Source of the DNA: Takakia lepidozioides
Taxonomy: Eukaryota > Plantae > Bryophyta
Direction of reading: 5' to 3'
DNA: 64,000 nt
NCBI GenBank assembly: GCA_030704615.1
Contig: CM060731.1
Span: 62,124,001-62,188,000, forward strand
Below the pieces are notes generated by a model that made no database searches, was not told where the DNA came from, and saw only the letters and a program-made list of their open reading frames with translations. Both the position numbers and the translations under genes were made by a program. Position 1 is the first letter of the stretch, and every line of letters starts with the position of its first letter. Of the stretch, positions 60,553-64,000 are shown piece after piece.

Positions 60553-62585
60553 GTTCAACCTGTGCATGCTTGCATTGTTGTTTCAATATCGAGAATCACT
60601 CTTCTTGAGGCAAAGTTCACATGGCAGACATCCTCTTCGTTGGACTTGTGTATTGCATATTGTGTTCTAAATGGGTTTTTGTCGACATGTGCAGGAGTCC
60701 GCGTGCTTCCACTTGCCCTCCAGGGCTATCACACCTGTTTGGACTTCTTTCCAGTCCTCCTCGGTCTTGCGTGCTACCTGTCTATGCGGAGGCACTCGCA
60801 ACAAGCATGGCCGTTCATGGCACTCGGAGTCCACCTATCCACGGCCGTGGTAGAAGACGTGGTGTTGGGGACCAGAATCTTTGTGGATGACATAGCACAG
60901 GAGGTCGAGACTGATTCTGATGACTGTGACACTTGATATGAAGTTTTCTTTTCGTTTTATTCGGGGCCAAATTTGAAATAGGATGGTTGTGTGTCCTTGT
61001 TGTCCTGTTTGCAATGTGTGCGTGGAATGCACATTAATGGGAACAAACTATTGTTGGAGATGGGGGTTGCATGGACTGCCCGGATTGTTCCTTCAATCTA
61101 TTTAGTGTTCTCTGGACCTCACAGACTTGAGTGCATTGCAAATACAAACAAACGACTTTGGTTCGTGTAGAGCATTCTCGCATCAGTTGCTCGTTGGTCT
61201 CCAAACCATTCCTGCTAGAAGAATGGTTGGTGAATCCATCACGGTGAAGTCCACCTCATCAAAGAGCTGTGAGGCATTCTCAAATCTAATGAGCATCCAT
61301 GATGCTCCCGCACATACCTGGCATGTTCGCAAGGGTGGTGAGTAAGAAAAGATTTCGCAGGGTTCCGCTTTAGATCATGTCAGTGTGCACCTCCTCACGA
61401 CGTACCCACATAAACTTCTGAGGGCTTGGTATGTTGATAACGTCTGCATGGATGCAATGGATACAATGGATGTAACATATCCACTCTGCATTCCCGGGAA
61501 ATGGCTGATCAACCCGCGGAAATAGGTGACACCCGCGGAAATAGGCCCTGTATGTATGCTGACGTGGCGTGAGCCTGTGCTGGGCTCACGGTTTCTTGGG
61601 CTCACAGGCTCACGCCTCCGGGCTCACAGAATAGCACCCCCCCCATCATTTGGATTGCTTACGAGATACTCCCAGGAGTCTTCCCTTTCTTCTTTGAGCA
61701 GTAGGCTCGGTGAATTCGTTGGACATTAAAACGAACTTTAACTTTCTCAGACTAAGTGGTGTGCTCTGTCGATCTGTCTATTTTCAACTGGTGTTCATGT
61801 TCACTTCGGTAGTCTCTTGGCGTCCTGCTAGATTCCTCTCCCTCTTCGCAAAACTGTCTGTCTCTTCTCTCTTTCACTATGTATGACCAACATACTGCAA
61901 CCTAACCATTTTTTGTGGTGTGTCTCCTTGTGTCCCTCTCACTTCACTTCTTGTAGCTGGTTTCTTAGTATCTCTATTGTTCGTGCGTCCGTCCCTTCAA
62001 TATTTGTGATATCCGTCTTTCTCTTAAGTAGATTATCTGTCCTCCCACTAATTGGTCAACAAAAGAGGCTCCTTAGGATTTCACCTGTACAGCTTTATTT
62101 ACAGGAAACATGAGGTATTTGAACATAGGATAGAAAAACCGCAAAACCTGGGTAAGAACAAAGAAGGGAGGAAAGGGATGCAAGCTAAAGTAAACTATTC
62201 AAACTTCTCTGTCATCCCAACCTACTTAGGAGCTAATTTCGAGATAAGCTGCCAGTATCAATATCTCCTCATCACGTTTGCGGTATGCGTCACTCCACTC
62301 TTTGGAGCGGAGTCTTTCAATAGTTGGGGAATTTCCCATTGAGGTCGGTCTTCTGAAATTAGTGGTCGATTGGCAGGAATTTTATCGGCTTTAAAAGCTG
62401 GTTGCAGTAACTTTGAGAAAACTTTGTTAGTTGAACCAAAATTAGATTGTTTCCATGCTATGCCATCACTCCGTTGATGCTAAGAGATTATGCAAAAAAT
62501 TCTACATCTTATAGAAATTGATCAGAGACTGACGAAGATCTCCAATTTCAAGTTCTCACAAACATTATTATTTCCAAATCTCTAA

Positions 62586-63262
62586 ATGTTTTTAAAATGC
62601 CGATTGTCAACAGAGGCATGGCTTTTCTTTTTTCTTTTTTTTGAACGCCATGGACTCTCTATTGCTTCACTATTGCCAGTGAACCCAGAAGGGGTGGACA
62701 TCACATCCAAGCACGACTGCAACCAACTCATTAGAAAGGAGCTCATGGAGCTACATGTCGGGAGAACCTGGAAGTTATCCAACCTCACGACAAAGCTCCA
62801 TTTCTATCGAGAAACATTCCTGATTCTCCGAGATGAGAGAATCTTGTGGCCCAATTACCTTTCGGCCTCTTTATCTCCTGCTCGCTTGAGGGCTTTGGGG
62901 CGGTTCAGGGTGGGGACTGGCAGATGGGAAAACCTGCAGCGGGAGGACCGCCTATGTCCAGCTTGCACAGGGCGCAACCAGGAAATTGAAACTGAAGAAC
63001 ACTTCTTCAATTGCCCTCTATACTATGAGATCCGTGGGAGATTCCATTGTCTATTCCGTGGAACCCAATCTCTCACTGAGGTCTTTCATTATGAAGATCA
63101 GAAATGTTTGGCAGCGTACCTGCACGAGGCAATCACCCTTAGACAATCACTCGAACAATAGTCCTTATCTCTAACTCTGATTTCCTGTTTTCTCTCATTA
63201 TTTGTCCCATAAGCTCTATGAGCTTTCTGCGGACGTTATAAAGCACCGTTTCATTTCATTTC
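62586..63262 (+). mobile_element. 5'-truncated non-LTR retrotransposon 3' fragment (RTEX/L2-like C-terminal Zn motif)
   Basis: LGRFRVGTGRW...RLCPAC...ETEEHFFNCPLYYEIR, and a short (CATTT)n tail near 63250. Confidence 0.65.
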
Positions 63263-63628
63263 TTTTTTGACCCTTCACAGCACCCATGCAATATTTCTCT
63301 CCAGGCTGCTTGATCATTTGGCAGGGGTAGGTTCTATAATTCAAAGTACAACATGTTATTTATTATTTGAAATAGTCTGCTTTGTGGATTCAAAGTTCCA
63401 AATTTCATCCTCTCTTTCTCCAGTGTAGCTGAATTTTCTCTAATAGTCTGAAGGGGATATCTCTATCGAACTTCCTGTTGTTTGGTCAAGGAAGACAGTT
63501 TCCAATTGTTAATCCAAACATCTGATTTTTGTATATAACTCAGTTAAGCTTACTTAAGAGGGTCAATGAGTTCTTTTGCACTGCAGGGCTTTCCAGTGTT
63601 AGAGGGAACTGAAGGCAGACCCAGTGAG

Positions 63629-63719
63629 ATGGGGAGGCAAGTCAGTATGGAGGTGGGAGACGATGGTATCGCGCTTGTGACTCTTAACAAGCCTCCTGTC
63701 AACTCCCTCGATAATGACA
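63629..63719 (+). CDS. First coding exon of a peroxisomal fatty-acid beta-oxidation multifunctional protein (AIM1/MFP2-like, enoyl-CoA hydratase domain); gene continues beyond the window
   Basis: MGRQVSMEVGDDGIALVTLNKPPVNSL resembles the plant MFP N-terminus. Upstream acceptor CTGCAG ends at 63586. Confidence 0.75.
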
Positions 63720-64000
63720 GTCCTAACTCTGGTGTGTTTGATCTCTCGTCTTTTTGTTATCTCATGACTTATGTCTCCATTTTGGTCCGTCTCTCAGTCT
63801 GTTTTGCACTAATCTCCACGTTATGGATTTCAGGTCAAAAATAGAATCTTGGTTATGGCCTATTTGCTCACCTGTCCTGTATTGTTTTCCCGTGAAAGTT
63901 GGCAGGAAAGGGGCAACATCATAATCAAAGTGAATGCATGAGAAAACTTGTCCTCCTTTTCTTTGCTCCTGCATTGTGTCTTACTAACTCCATTGAGGCT

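Larger units (their letters stand above)
48865..61641. mobile_element. 12.8-kb Mutator-like DNA transposon with degenerate TIRs, transposase and ParB-methyltransferase cargo gene
   Basis: Direct repeat CCCATCATTT at 48855-48864 and 61642-61651 (9-10 bp, MULE-sized TSD). Ends share GCTA....GTGAGCCC.G...CGTGAGCCTG.GAGC and clustered GTGAGC/GCTCAC motifs. Confidence 0.88.

Noticed and set aside
35303-61641. One giant Pack-MULE capturing the hydrolase gene between inverted ends
   Set aside because: The two ends are clearly diverged and share no TSD, whereas 48865-61641 has its own 10-bp TSD.

Overview
Repeat-rich eukaryotic DNA from a land plant (GT-AG introns, plant-type host genes, plant tRNA-Arg primer); a non-seed lineage is my guess only. 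1-22.4 kb is a nest of Ty3/Gypsy LTR elements. A minus-strand copy of family A is interrupted by a family-B element with both LTRs, and by an inverted copy of its own family. That inverted copy is shaped like the genomic RNA and is fused to a read-through copy of the tRNA-Arg primer. 22.4-26.3 kb is a decayed Mutator-like (MULE) transposase. 26.3-34.6 kb is a decayed LINE with APE, RT, RNase H and a restriction-like endonuclease (Dualen/RandI architecture), carrying a solo LTR. 35.3-39.9 kb holds TE ends, dispersed repeats and a MITE. 40.5-47.1 kb is a spliced alpha/beta-hydrolase host gene. The main finding is at 48.9-61.6 kb: a 12.8-kb MULE with a 10-bp TSD and degenerate TIRs. It encodes an intact transposase and a divergent 9-exon gene fusing a ParB/Srx-like domain to a beta-class N4C/N6A DNA-methyltransferase fold. 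The predicted first intron of that gene holds about 21 copies of a ~40-bp palindrome at ~115-bp period. 62.6-64 kb holds a LINE 3' fragment and the first coding exon of a peroxisomal multifunctional beta-oxidation gene. Single-base indels occur even in the host gene, so some frameshifts may be assembly errors. Domain calls come from motif recognition by eye, not database searches.
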